DNA from: a virus
Taxonomy: Duplodnaviria; Heunggongvirae; Uroviricota; Caudoviricetes
Reading direction: 5' to 3' (one strand)
Virus record (IMG/VR): IMGVR_UViG_3300022752_000033
Span: 17,711 to 81,710 of that record
Length of the DNA: 64,000 bases
The notes beneath the pieces were generated by a model that saw only the letters and a program-made list of their open reading frames with translations, searched no databases and was not told the origin of the DNA. The translations under genes were made by a program, and so were the position numbers. Position 1 is the first letter of the stretch. Every line of letters begins with the position of its first letter. This document shows positions 56,201 to 64,000 of the stretch, in pieces.

Positions 56201-59200
56201 TGAGTCGCAGTTTGAGTTGGTGTTTGTGTTGGTGTTTCAGTATTGGTTGGAGTTTGTGTTGCAGTATTTGTAGGCGTATTAGACATTGTTGGTGTTTGAG
56301 TAGTTGTATTGGTTGGTGTTTGAGTAGTTGTGTTAGTCGGTGTTTGAGTATTAGTCGCAGTATTAGTTGGTGTATTAGTTGTCGTATTGGTTGGAGTTTG
56401 TGTTGCAGTTTGAGTTTGAGTCGCAGTTTGAGTTGGAGTTTGTGTAGTTGTGTTTGTTGGAGTTTGTGTAGTTGTGTTTGTTGGAGTTTGAGTATTAGTT
56501 ACCGTATTGGTTGGTGTTTGAGTAGTTGTCTTTGTTGGAGTTGGAGTTATCAATTCCACATTAGTTGGAGTATTAGTTTGTGTTGCGGTATTAGTTGGTG
56601 TTTGTGTAGTTGTGTTAGTTGGTGTTTGAGTAGTTGTGTTAGTTGGTGTTTGAGTACTAGTCGGTGTTTTAGTCACAGTATTTGTTGGTGTTTGAGTTGT
56701 AGTATTAGTCGCAGTAATAGTTGGTGTTTGTGTTGCAGTAATAGTTGGTGTTTGTGTTGCAGTATTTGTCGGGGTTTGTGTTGCAGTATTTGTTGGTGTT
56801 TGAGTTTGAGTTGAGGTATTAGTTGGTGTCTGTGTAGTTGTGTTAGTTGGTGTTTGAGTACTAGTTGGTGTTTTAGTCGCAGTATTTGTTGGTGTTTGAG
56901 TATTAGTCTGCGTTTGAGTTGCAGTATTAGTTGGTGTTTGAGTAGTTGTATTTGTCGGTGTCTGCGTTTGAGTTGCAGTATTAGTTGGTGTTTGAGTAGT
57001 TGTGTTAGTCGGTGTATTAGTTGTCGTATTGGTTGGAGTTTGTGTATTAGTCGAAGTATTTGTTGGTGTTTGAGTTCCCGTATTAGTTGGAGTTTGTGTA
57101 TTGGTCGAAGTATTTGTTGGCGTTTGAGTCCCCGTATTAGTTGGTGTTTGAGTACTAGTGGGCGTTTTAGTTGTTGTATTTGTAGGCGTTTGAGTTGCAG
57201 TATTTGTTGGTGTTTGAGTTGCAGTATTTGTAGGTGTTTGAGTTGCAGTATTTGTTGGCGTTTGAGTTGTCGTATTTGTTGGTGTTGGTGTTTGAGTCGT
57301 TGTTGTTGTTGGTGTTGGTGAAGGACAAGGATAATTTGTTATGCAAGATTCACAACTTGTTTCCCCACTTATTCCCAAATAATTATAAACCGTACCGGTA
57401 GTTATGGTGTTGATGCACTTAGCACAAAATATGAATCCTTCAGCAGTTGCAACCGAGTAGAAATTTCCAACAATAGGTGCTGAACCTCCAGGAATTGCCT
57501 GAACTCTAAAACTAACCCCAAAACAACATCCACTAAATGAACCAACCACCGGAACTAATGGTGTTGTTGTTGGTGTTTGAGTTGTTGTGTTAGTAGGTGT
57601 TTGAGTATTTGTTGGAGTATTTGTTGCGGTTTTAGTTGGTGTTGGGGTATTGGTTGATGTTTGTGTTGCGGTATTGGTTTGCGTATTTGTGGGTGTTTGA
57701 GTAGCAGTATTAGTCGGAGTTTGAGTTGTAGTGTTTGTAGGTGTTTGAGTATTGGTTGATGTTTGTGTTGTAGTGTTTGTTGGAGTTTGAGTCGTAGTGT
57801 TTGTGGGCGTTTTCGTATTTGTTGGTGTATTAGTTGAAGTACTTGTTGGTGTATTAGTTGCCGTATTTGTTGGTGTTTGAGTATTGGTTGATGTTTGCGT
57901 ATTTGTTGGTGTTTGTGTTGCAGTATTTGTCGGGGTTTGTGTTGCTGTATTTGTCGGTGTTTGAGTATTGGTTGATGTTTGCGTATTTGTTGGTGTTTGA
58001 GTTGAGGTAGTTGTTGGTGTTTGAGTATTTGTGGTAGTATTAGTCACAGTATTTGTAGGTGTATTTGTTGGTGTCTGTGTATTAGTTCTGGTATTTGTAG
58101 GAGTATTAGTTGGTGTTTTTGTATTTGTTGCAGTATTAGTCGGTGTTTGTGTTGAGGTTTTGGTCGGTGTTGGAGTTACTACAGTACAACAACCAACAAG
58201 CGTAATTGTTGGTTCAGTTCCAATATAAATAAATGAAGTTATTCCACCTGTTACACAAACATTTACGATTACCGGACCTACCGCACCTCCAATTTCATTA
58301 TAACAATCAAAATATGTTACTGAAGTTCCGTCAGGAACAATTAAATTATATTCACAACAACCACCGGCAGAACAATATGTTTCATCACAAATAAACGTAG
58401 ACGTTGGTGTTTGAGTTGGAGTTTGGGTTGGAGTTGATGTTTTGGTTGCTGTGTTAGTCGGTGTTGATGTTTTGGTTGCAGTATTTGTTGGTGTATTGGT
58501 TGCGGTGTTAGTCGGTGTTGATGTTTTGGTTGCAGTATTAGTTGGTGTATTGGTTGCGGTGTTAGTTGGTGTATTTGTAGGTGTTTTTGTTTGGGTTTGG
58601 GTAGGTGTTTGCGTCGGTACGGCACAACAACCAATCAATTCGGTTAGTGTTCCTCCAACAATTGATGCAGACCTATTAGAACAAAAAGATATAATACCTG
58701 AAGGTGTGAAGTTATCATTTATCGTCACACCATAACAATTCTCATATGAGTACGGTTGTCCCGCCGTTCCGTATAAATTATACGAACAACAATTAGTTTG
58801 ACAATAAATTTCATCACATGTGAAGGTTGGTGTTGGTGTCGATGTAATGGTATTAGTTGGTGTGTTGGTTGCGGTTTGTGTTTTAGTAGCAGTATTTGTT
58901 GGAGTGTTTGTTGGTGTTTGTGTATTTGTTGGCGTTTGTGTACTAGTTGGTGTTTTAGTTTGTGTACTAGTTGGTGTTTGTGTATTCGTTGGTGTTTGTG
59001 TACTTGTTGAAGTAACCGTATTTGTTGGTGTATTTGTATTAGTTGGGGTTTGTGTTGGAGTTTTTGTTGCCGTATTAGTTGGAGTATTAGTTGTCGTATT
59101 AGTAGGTGTCTGCGTTGGGGTTTGTGTTGAAGTTTTGGTTGGTGTACTAGTTGATGTTGAGGTATTAGTTGCGGTATTTGTCGCAGTATTTGTTGGAGTT

Positions 59201-60909
59201 TGTGTTGAAGTTTTGGTTGGTGTTTGAGTATTTGTCGGTGTTTTAGTAGGTGTTTGAGTTCCAGTATTTGTTGGAGTTTCAGTTCTTGTATTCGTAGGAG
59301 TATTAGTTGGTGTTTTAGTTGGAGTGTTTGTAGGTGTTTCAGTTCTTGTATTCGTAGGTGTTTGTGTTGCAGTTCTTGTATTGGTTGGTGTTTGGGTATT
59401 TGTAGGAGTATTAGTCATTGTTGGTGTTGGTGTTTGCGTCTCAAATTGGAATGAGAAACAAATATCACCTATTGGGGTTACCGTAGGAGTATTAGTTGGT
59501 GTTGAAGTCTTAGTTACAGTAGGAGTATTAGTTGCCGTTTTAGTTGGTGTTTGTGTATTTGTTGGTGTTTTAGTAGGTGTTTGTGTTTGAGTATTGGTCG
59601 CCGTTTTAGTTGGTGTTTGTGTTGAAGTTTTGGTCGTTGTTGGAGTTTGTGTAGATGTTTGTGTGGACGTTTGTGTTGCGGTTTTTGTTGGAGTATTTGT
59701 AGGTGTTTGAGTTTGTGTTGCGGTTTTTGTTGGCGTTTGTGTACTGGTACTAGTATTAGTTGGTGTTTGAGTTTGAGTTGCAGTATTAGTCGGTGTTTGA
59801 GTAGGTGTTGCGGTTTGTGTTGGTGTTTGTGTTGGAGTTCTTGTTATATTATATCTATAATCCCAAACATAATATACATAAGTGTCCGTACCAGCATACT
59901 GAAAAGGAACATTCGCACAATAATAATCAATACCATTAATAGTTTGTTCGTATACGGTTGTACTACTAAGGTAAGGGATTAGATTTTCAAACTGAGATTG
60001 TGTATACTCAACATCACTTACATAATACGACATGGTATTAAGAAGTGCGGTCGCAAATGGTAAATCCGCAGGTGGATATAAATTCTTAGCAACCTGTAAC
60101 CTTATCGTATTTCCAAAATTTGATAAATTATCGGTAATGTTTGAATTTTGATAAAACCCTATTTGCCACCCATTTAATGGTTGTGTATTATTATTAAAAT
60201 TAAACCCTAACGCACTATTTGTAGTACTGCTGAAAGATAGATTATCGACATATTTGCCTGTATCTGGTAAATCATTTAACACAACACCATATACAACCGG
60301 AGCCTTTAAAAAGTTGGCACTACCTATTAACTCACAATTTGGAATATTTCTCACTAACGAACAACTTGTAGTTGCTGTATAGTCACCATAATAATCCACA
60401 ACAGTAACACTATAACTACCCTCAGACAAATTAAATACCGTATCTTGCCTTGAACCATTACTCCAAAAATAAGAATAAGGACTTGTTCCCCCGGTCACGT
60501 CAACTTTTAATATACCACCACTATTCGTAAATAAATCGGGGTCTGCCAAAACTCTACAACTAATCCCCATAGGAAAATTAGTGTATATTTGACATTGGTT
60601 AAATTCTGTAGTAACAACCTTAATTCTCAAAACCGATGGTGTTGTCACAGTTGGTGTTGGAGTGTTTGTTGGAGTTGTTGTAGGTGTTGGAGTGTTTGTT
60701 GGGGTTAACGTTGGTGTTGGTGTGGGAGTTCGTGTAGGACAATTGGAACTAAATTCCGAGTTAGGTATTAAAGTTACATTTTGATAAAATGAGTTCGCGT
60801 CCAAAGATATTAAATACCCAAGTGAATTATCTCCATAGACCGTATTCCCACAACAATCAGTGTAGACAAAACTATTAAGTGTAATACCCGAAACACAAGA
60901 TACTGCCAT
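53218..60909 (-). CDS. giant modular Thr/Pro-rich surface/fiber protein (2563 aa) with about 570-aa C-terminal DUF285-like repeats
   Basis: Same N-terminal domain and Cys modules as the neighbour. The C-terminus (about 53440-55230) has at least 12 repeats of F.....FNQ.IG.W(D/N)(V/T)S.VT.M..MF, a pattern I recall as DUF285. Confidence 0.7.
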   Translation of the reverse strand: MAVSCVSGITLNSFVYTDCCGNTVYGDNSLGYLISLDANSFYQNVTLIPNSEFSSNCPTRTPTPTPTLTPTNTPTPTTTPTNTPTPTVTTPSVLRIKVVTTEFNQCQIYTNFPMGISCRVLADPDLFTNSGGILKVDVTGGTSPYSYFWSNGSRQDTVFNLSEGSYSVTVVDYYGDYTATTSCSLVRNIPNCELIGSANFLKAPVVYGVVLNDLPDTGKYVDNLSFSSTTNSALGFNFNNNTQPLNGWQIGFYQNSNITDNLSNFGNTIRLQVAKNLYPPADLPFATALLNTMSYYVSDVEYTQSQFENLIPYLSSTTVYEQTINGIDYYCANVPFQYAGTDTYVYYVWDYRYNITRTPTQTPTQTATPTQTPTNTATQTQTPTNTSTSTQTPTKTATQTQTPTNTPTKTATQTSTQTSTQTPTTTKTSTQTPTKTATNTQTQTPTKTPTNTQTPTKTATNTPTVTKTSTPTNTPTVTPIGDICFSFQFETQTPTPTMTNTPTNTQTPTNTRTATQTPTNTRTETPTNTPTKTPTNTPTNTRTETPTNTGTQTPTKTPTNTQTPTKTSTQTPTNTATNTATNTSTSTSTPTKTSTQTPTQTPTNTTTNTPTNTATKTPTQTPTNTNTPTNTVTSTSTQTPTNTQTPTSTQTKTPTSTQTPTNTQTPTNTPTNTATKTQTATNTPTNTITSTPTPTFTCDEIYCQTNCCSYNLYGTAGQPYSYENCYGVTINDNFTPSGIISFCSNRSASIVGGTLTELIGCCAVPTQTPTQTQTKTPTNTPTNTATNTPTNTATKTSTPTNTATNTPTNTATKTSTPTNTATKTSTPTQTPTQTPTSTFICDETYCSAGGCCEYNLIVPDGTSVTYFDCYNEIGGAVGPVIVNVCVTGGITSFIYIGTEPTITLVGCCTVVTPTPTKTSTQTPTNTATNTKTPTNTPTNTRTNTQTPTNTPTNTVTNTTTNTQTPTTTSTQTPTNTQTSTNTQTPTNTATQTPTNTATQTPTNTQTSTNTQTPTNTATNTPTSTSTNTPTNTKTPTNTTTQTPTNTTTQTSTNTQTPTNTTTQTPTNTATQTPTNTQTNTATQTSTNTPTPTKTATNTPTNTQTPTNTTTQTPTTTPLVPVVGSFSGCCFGVSFRVQAIPGGSAPIVGNFYSVATAEGFIFCAKCINTITTGTVYNYLGISGETSCESCITNYPCPSPTPTTTTTQTPTPTNTTTQTPTNTATQTPTNTATQTPTNTATQTPTNTTTKTPTSTQTPTNTGTQTPTNTSTNTQTPTNTGTQTPTNTSTNTQTPTNTTTNTPTNTTTQTPTNTATQTQTPTNTTTQTPTNTATQTQTNTQTPTNTATKTPTSTQTPTNTTTQTPTNTSTQTQTPTNTATQTPTNTATQTPTITATQTPTITATNTTTQTPTNTVTKTPTSTQTPTNTTTQTPTNTTTQTPTNTATQTNTPTNVELITPTPTKTTTQTPTNTVTNTQTPTNTTTQTPTNTTTQTPTQTATQTQTATQTPTNTTTNTPTNTATNTQTPTNTTTQTPTNTTTQTPTMSNTPTNTATQTPTNTETPTQTPTQTATQTPTMSNTPTQTSTQTPTMSNTPTQTATQTPTNTTTQTPTMSNTPTQTSTQTPTQTSTQTPTMSNTPTQTSTQTPTMSNTPTQTATQTPTQTATQTPTMSNTPTNTQTPTQTSTQTPTNTRTQTPTQTSTQTPTNTTTQTPTPTQPINDFVALIDTRNTYSYYNFNNSDITNTTVMSFIYNGVSTNVTLTTPKSLSSVRTNIATTFPTATVLLYQPDTTTVVYEILPYSADTFGNCVISSGTYPPVSSSTYSNFVLPFISSGSYNCSVNWGDGTSQYVASSPSSGITHTYATPSAYTITISAIRGGLTGWRFNNAGDSRKLKEITKWGSLRFGTNEGSYLYGSRNLILTGVTDILDTQGTTNFNSAFRECVSLTSVSGINSWNMSQVTGMSSMFEGSVTFNNNIGNWSVGKVSNMNSMFKNVPTFNNSGSPSISGWTTSAVTDMSYMFYSGVTFNQPIGSWDTSKVTNMSAMFREARAFNNGNSNSINTWITSAVTDMSYMFYGADAFNQPIGSWNVRNVTGNLGMGYMFYGAGLFNQNIGSWDVSNVVAMNNMFDAALAFNNLNSPSISGWTTSAVTNMDSMFRSTPFNQPIGTWDVRKVTRMNSTFQTNIKFDQNIGSWILSNIDTLTSTFNGATAFNNSGSTSISGWTTSAATNMNAMFRGATSFNQPIGSWNVSNVVSLNGTFRSATQFNQNIGSWDTSKVTDFTGLFQFATNFNNLNSPSISGWTTSAATLMGTMFNGATSFNQPIGNWNTSKVTNMGAMFKDAASFNNSGSTSISGWTTSAVTNISEMFWGATVFNQPIGNWNVSKVTDMSYTFRATSAFNQNIGSWDTSKVTNMISLFYQATAFNNLNSPSISGWTTSAVTAMNTMFYSATTFNQPIGNWNTSNVTNMTTMFGYATAFNQPIGNWNISGVTNVSNFMQGKTSSDYSAVNLTDIYTGWTSGGKTVKPNLSILFSTIKYTAAGQAGKNLLTGSTGSGGYGWTIVDGGVL
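55750..60700 (-). repeat. same class of Thr/Pro-linker coding tandem repeats in the 2563-aa gene
   Basis: As above; interrupted by Cys-module coding islands near 57300-57560, 58150-58440, 58640-58830 and 59440-59480. Confidence 0.8.
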
Positions 60910-60911
60910 TT

Positions 60912-61559
60912 TTAATTACAAATATTGAAATCCGTTGTTGAACCTGAATTGTTTATCCTAACTGCATATAGGCTAGAACCAAATTGCATTTTCAAGTATT
61001 CATTTTTACCAACAAATGGGTCATATAATACACCATTTAATGCGGTTTGATAAATAACTGAATTAATTACTGGTACTGAGGTTGCACCACTTGTATATGT
61101 GTAAAGTGTTGAATAGGTCATAACATCTAAACAACTATCCGTTATTGTTGGATATGTAGTTCTAGATATATAGTGACCCACAAACAAAGGTGTTGTTGTT
61201 GGTGTTGGAGTGGTGGTAGGGGTTTTAGTTGGGGTTGTAGATTTGGTTGGAGTATTTGTAGGTGTTGAAGTGGTGGTTGGTGTTTGAGTATTTGTAGGTG
61301 TTGGTGTAGGTGTTTGTGAAGTTGTTACGGATGGTGTAGGTGTTGGAGTTATATATATAAATCTACCATTTTCATATCCCATTCCGTCAACAATTTTAAT
61401 CAAAACGTCTGTTTCATCATACGGAGGTTCGACCGTAAATGTATACGGAGACCCGGTAATCGAACTAACAAATTGACAACTTGCACTCATAGAATCACAG
61501 TAATATACTGAAACCGGATTGTTAGCCACATATGATTCAATACTTACACTTAAACTCAT
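60912..61559 (-). CDS. small structural protein with an Ig-like SPY...PYD domain and a TPT linker
   Basis: ITGSPYTFTVEPPYDETDVLIKIVDGMGYENG is paralogous to the domain in 61556..61807; TPTPT linker in the middle. Confidence 0.5.
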   Translation of the reverse strand: MSLSVSIESYVANNPVSVYYCDSMSASCQFVSSITGSPYTFTVEPPYDETDVLIKIVDGMGYENGRFIYITPTPTPSVTTSQTPTPTPTNTQTPTTTSTPTNTPTKSTTPTKTPTTTPTPTTTPLFVGHYISRTTYPTITDSCLDVMTYSTLYTYTSGATSVPVINSVIYQTALNGVLYDPFVGKNEYLKMQFGSSLYAVRINNSGSTTDFNICN

Positions 61560-61807
61560 AAAACTGATTTTTGACCTGATATTATTGAGCCGTTCGCATC
61601 AATAAGTTTAAGGAGATAACCTCCTGATTTGTCATATGGTTTTGGTATAATAAAGGTATATGGTACCTCAGTTATTCTACCAATATATAAACAAGTTGTT
61701 GCTCCCGTTTGACAAATATATATGTCATACGGAGATTGACCTGTTATGGAACTTATATTAACTTCAACCGACATTATATATTTTTTTGATAAAAGTTTAT
61801 TAAACAC
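61556..61807 (-). CDS. small protein, paralogous single-domain version
   Basis: ITGQSPYDIYICQ...EVPYTFIIPKPYDKSGGYLLKLIDANG. Confidence 0.45.
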   Translation of the reverse strand: MFNKLLSKKYIMSVEVNISSITGQSPYDIYICQTGATTCLYIGRITEVPYTFIIPKPYDKSGGYLLKLIDANGSIISGQKSVL

Positions 61808-62547
61808 TCATTACAACTAATGAATGTTTGAATTATTGTTGGCGTTGTCGTTTCATTATACGCATATTCACAAGTTATACCTTCATAACTTTTTATCACA
61901 TAACACACATCATCCACATTTAAATCTACCGCAGTATATTCCGGTATCGTTGGATTAGTGTAATACTGATAAACCCTCATGTTAGTTGAATACCCGTCAC
62001 ACGAATCTACCAAATAACTCTTATACAACGGACAGGTATCACACGTATAATCTTTCCAAGCCGGTGTCGATATTTGATAATCAGTATCTACAAACGGTGA
62101 CGTACTAACTATTGTAACACAAAAATAATCCCCACTTGGATTTCTAACCCCAAAAACCTGACCTATAGTTGGAACCAATTTTAAAGTTCCCGTAGGTGAA
62201 ACATTACAAACCTTAACATTAACACTTCCACCATTATCACATCTAACCCCAACATAATATGTAAACACGCAATTCGAGGTTATTGTGGCCTGACAACTAT
62301 TACAATCAGGATATCCAATTTCAATTGTGTTTGTTAAAAAATTACCACTATAAAAAATATAAAACACATTATCCGGAGGGATATAACTACTTTCATATTC
62401 TCCAAGATAATTCCAACAATTTCCAATAGAATCTTTAAATATCGTATTTGCGATATTAGTATATTCTAATTTGTATGTTTGTCCTATTTGTGTTTTTTTA
62501 GTCGCATTCGTCAATGTTGGAATACAACTTTCGTATAAATAAATCAT
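61774..62547 (-). CDS. Cys-rich structural protein (257 aa, about 20 Cys)
   Basis: Many CxxC or CxC pairs; in the fiber block. Confidence 0.5.
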   Translation of the reverse strand: MIYLYESCIPTLTNATKKTQIGQTYKLEYTNIANTIFKDSIGNCWNYLGEYESSYIPPDNVFYIFYSGNFLTNTIEIGYPDCNSCQATITSNCVFTYYVGVRCDNGGSVNVKVCNVSPTGTLKLVPTIGQVFGVRNPSGDYFCVTIVSTSPFVDTDYQISTPAWKDYTCDTCPLYKSYLVDSCDGYSTNMRVYQYYTNPTIPEYTAVDLNVDDVCYVIKSYEGITCEYAYNETTTPTIIQTFISCNECLINFYQKNI

Positions 62548-62555
62548 ATCTTTTT

Positions 62556-64000
62556 TTATGTTACAAAACTTATTAAAACGCCGCTTGTTCCTGTTAATCT
62601 ATTATATGCTGCAATGCCTGCCGCCGATGTTGGTGGTGTGGTTGCCCCTTCATATTCTAATTCTATGAGTTTATTATTTACCCATGTTTTACCCGTTAAA
62701 TCAATAAGTATGTTATCAACTGCGGTTAAACTAAATCCATAACTTGAACCCAAATTGGTAATTTTAACATCTGACATAGAACTATACCAATTATATGGTG
62801 ATGTATATCCTGTTATTGTATTATTACCACCAAAACTAACACTTGATAATGCGTTAGTAGGGAAATCACTTAAACTTCCGTCCACAGTATTATTACCAAA
62901 CAAACTTATATTTCTTAATGCTGTTTTACTTGTTATTGATGTTGTACTTCCACTTATTGTATTACCTTCATAAAGAGCTAAACTTATCATCTTTATTGGA
63001 ATATTTGAAATATTCCCACTAATTGGATTTGTTCCTCCACTAATTTGGAATACTAATAAATCTGTCATTACTGCCAAATCACTAGTGTTACCCGAAATAG
63101 CATTATACGCACCTAACAAAGAAACTTCTGTCATACCTGTTGAGAAATCACTAGTTAATCCTGAAATACCCGATGTCCCATATAAATAAAGAATTTTAAC
63201 TGTTTTAGGAACATTACTAACTAAACCTCTAATAGAACTACCACTACTTCTTATGTTTACTGTAACCGCACTAGCAGGTATCCCCGTGGTGTTACCCGTA
63301 ATTATACTGTTACCAACAATAGCAAGTGTTGAAGTAATTCCACTTGGGGTATCCGCAATATCACCTGTTATCGTATTATTACCAGTAATTAAACAATAAT
63401 TCAAAGCAGATGGGATATCCGCAGTATTACCCGACAATGTATTATTACCAGCAATTGAAAGTGTACTTAAAGTAGAGTTATGTGGTAATCCCACAACATT
63501 ACCTGATATTGTATTATTACCAAGTATTGCAAGGTAATACATACCACTTGGTCTAGGTACACCTGTTGAATCCCCACCAATTGTTGTATCACCCCAAATA
63601 AAAGTGTATGTTAGTCCTGTAGGTAAATCACTAACACCTCCAGATAAATTATTTTTATTTGTTTGTAAAGTTGTTAAAGTTCTTGGTAGTTGCGATGTAA
63701 CACCACTAACATAAGCATTTCCACTATTTGAACCTGCAGGGTCTAAATTAGGGCCAAATTCAAGTCTTGTTAACCCATTAAGCTTACTCATTTCAGCCGT
63801 CGTAAATGTTAATCCTGATGATGTTGCACCTGTTATGGTATTTGTTATCGTTATTCTCGTTATAGTGGTTAAATCTATTGAATTGAATGTTATATCACCC
63901 GTATATAGTGATGAATATATGTGACTTATCGTATTCGTTCCTGACGGATACGTGTTGGATGTTGAATCACCCCAATTTACCACAGTAGGAGTAGAGCTCA
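62556..64000 (-). CDS. repeat-containing fiber/adhesin-like protein, 5'-truncated by the window end
   Basis: The ORF-track start at 63983 is GTG, and the frame stays open to the window edge. Contains about 12 repeats of GNNTI(S/T)GN...(I/L)P and an NWGD(S/G)TS segment also present in the 2563-aa protein. Confidence 0.55.
   Translation of the reverse strand, partial: SSTPTVVNWGDSTSNTYPSGTNTISHIYSSLYTGDITFNSIDLTTITRITITNTITGATSSGLTFTTAEMSKLNGLTRLEFGPNLDPAGSNSGNAYVSGVTSQLPRTLTTLQTNKNNLSGGVSDLPTGLTYTFIWGDTTIGGDSTGVPRPSGMYYLAILGNNTISGNVVGLPHNSTLSTLSIAGNNTLSGNTADIPSALNYCLITGNNTITGDIADTPSGITSTLAIVGNSIITGNTTGIPASAVTVNIRSSGSSIRGLVSNVPKTVKILYLYGTSGISGLTSDFSTGMTEVSLLGAYNAISGNTSDLAVMTDLLVFQISGGTNPISGNISNIPIKMISLALYEGNTISGSTTSITSKTALRNISLFGNNTVDGSLSDFPTNALSSVSFGGNNTITGYTSPYNWYSSMSDVKITNLGSSYGFSLTAVDNILIDLTGKTWVNNKLIELEYEGATTPPTSAAGIAAYNRLTGTSGVLISFVT

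Noticed and set aside
49210-59982. Long plus-strand ORFs with Cys/Trp/Leu/Ser- or Val/Gly-rich repeat translations, up to 289 aa: 49210..50079, 50173..50559, 50575..50880, 51295..51681, 51733..51999, 56170..56814, 56854..57321, 58442..58735, 58820..59227, 59224..59454, 59324..59590, 59647..59982
   Set aside because: They are antisense shadows of the ACN/CCN codon repeats of the giant minus-strand genes. Periodic low-complexity DNA lacks stops in several frames. Their composition (CWCLS..., VGVLVAV...) is the reverse-complement reading of the TPT linkers.
48780-60700. Possible CRISPR-like periodicity in the repeat DNA
   Set aside because: The repeats are short (6-18 nt), degenerate, continuous and in-frame coding. 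There are no constant 25-40-nt repeats alternating with unique spacers and no cas genes.
48277-60909. Diversity-generating retroelement targeting the fiber genes
   Set aside because: No reverse-transcriptase gene or template/variable repeat pair is recognisable in the window.
1-64000. Prophage or integrative-element boundaries (integrase, att sites next to the tRNA-like genes)
   Set aside because: No integrase or recombinase ORF. The repeated tRNA 5' ends are whole paralogous genes rather than short att-type 3' fragments.

Overview
This 64-kb window is AT-rich (roughly 30% G+C by eye) and almost every gene lies on the minus strand. Genes are tightly packed, many adjacent ones have overlapping start and stop codons, and no Shine-Dalgarno sequences are visible upstream of start codons. 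I read it as part of the genome of a large tailed bacteriophage, probably infecting a Bacteroidetes-type host. The host call is an inference from the missing Shine-Dalgarno sequences, the Thr/Pro-rich 'mucin-like' giant proteins, the MORN-like repeats and the phage-encoded sigma-70. Reading the minus strand 5' to 3' (high to low coordinate), the modules are as follows. (1) A virion structural and host-recognition block spans 42.6-64 kb. It includes two giant paralogous modular proteins of 1627 aa and 2563 aa. Both are built from a conserved N-terminal domain, small Cys-rich modules and hundreds of T-P-T-Q/N-T linker repeats. The larger one ends in DUF285-like repeats ('FNQPIGSWNVSNVT.M..MF'). 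Several smaller Cys-rich or Ig-like proteins accompany them. (2) A replication and recombination block spans 39-42.6 kb: a primase with a zinc ribbon and a TOPRIM domain, an HNH endonuclease, a small ribbon-helix-helix (RHH) protein and a RuvC-like resolvase. (3) A run of small hypothetical genes spans 34.5-39 kb. (4) A cluster of tRNA-like structured RNA genes plus a roughly 500-bp GC-rich ORF-free segment spans 33.15-34.5 kb. (5) A block at 26-33 kb holds an SPFH/band-7 protein, an HExxH protein, several tandem paralog arrays and a PD-(D/E)xK nuclease. (6) SbcC/SbcD homologs like T4 gp46/gp47 lie at 21-25.2 kb. (7) A 1144-aa fusion of a T5orf172/GIY-YIG-like domain, an SF2 helicase and an N6-adenine methyltransferase lies at 17.5-21 kb. 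It is followed by an orphan methyltransferase N-terminal fragment and a DenV-like glycosylase candidate. (8) A phage sigma-70 family factor lies at 14.76-15.56 kb. (9) A lysis cassette with an amidase_2 endolysin, membrane proteins and spanin-like proteins lies at 11.8-14.7 kb. (10) The first 11 kb carry a complete DnaJ, a Dam-type methyltransferase, an LRR protein, a GC-richer DUF932 gene and a thioredoxin/glutaredoxin pair. No integrase, CRISPR array or reverse transcriptase was seen. All calls rest on motif recognition by eye; no database searches were possible.
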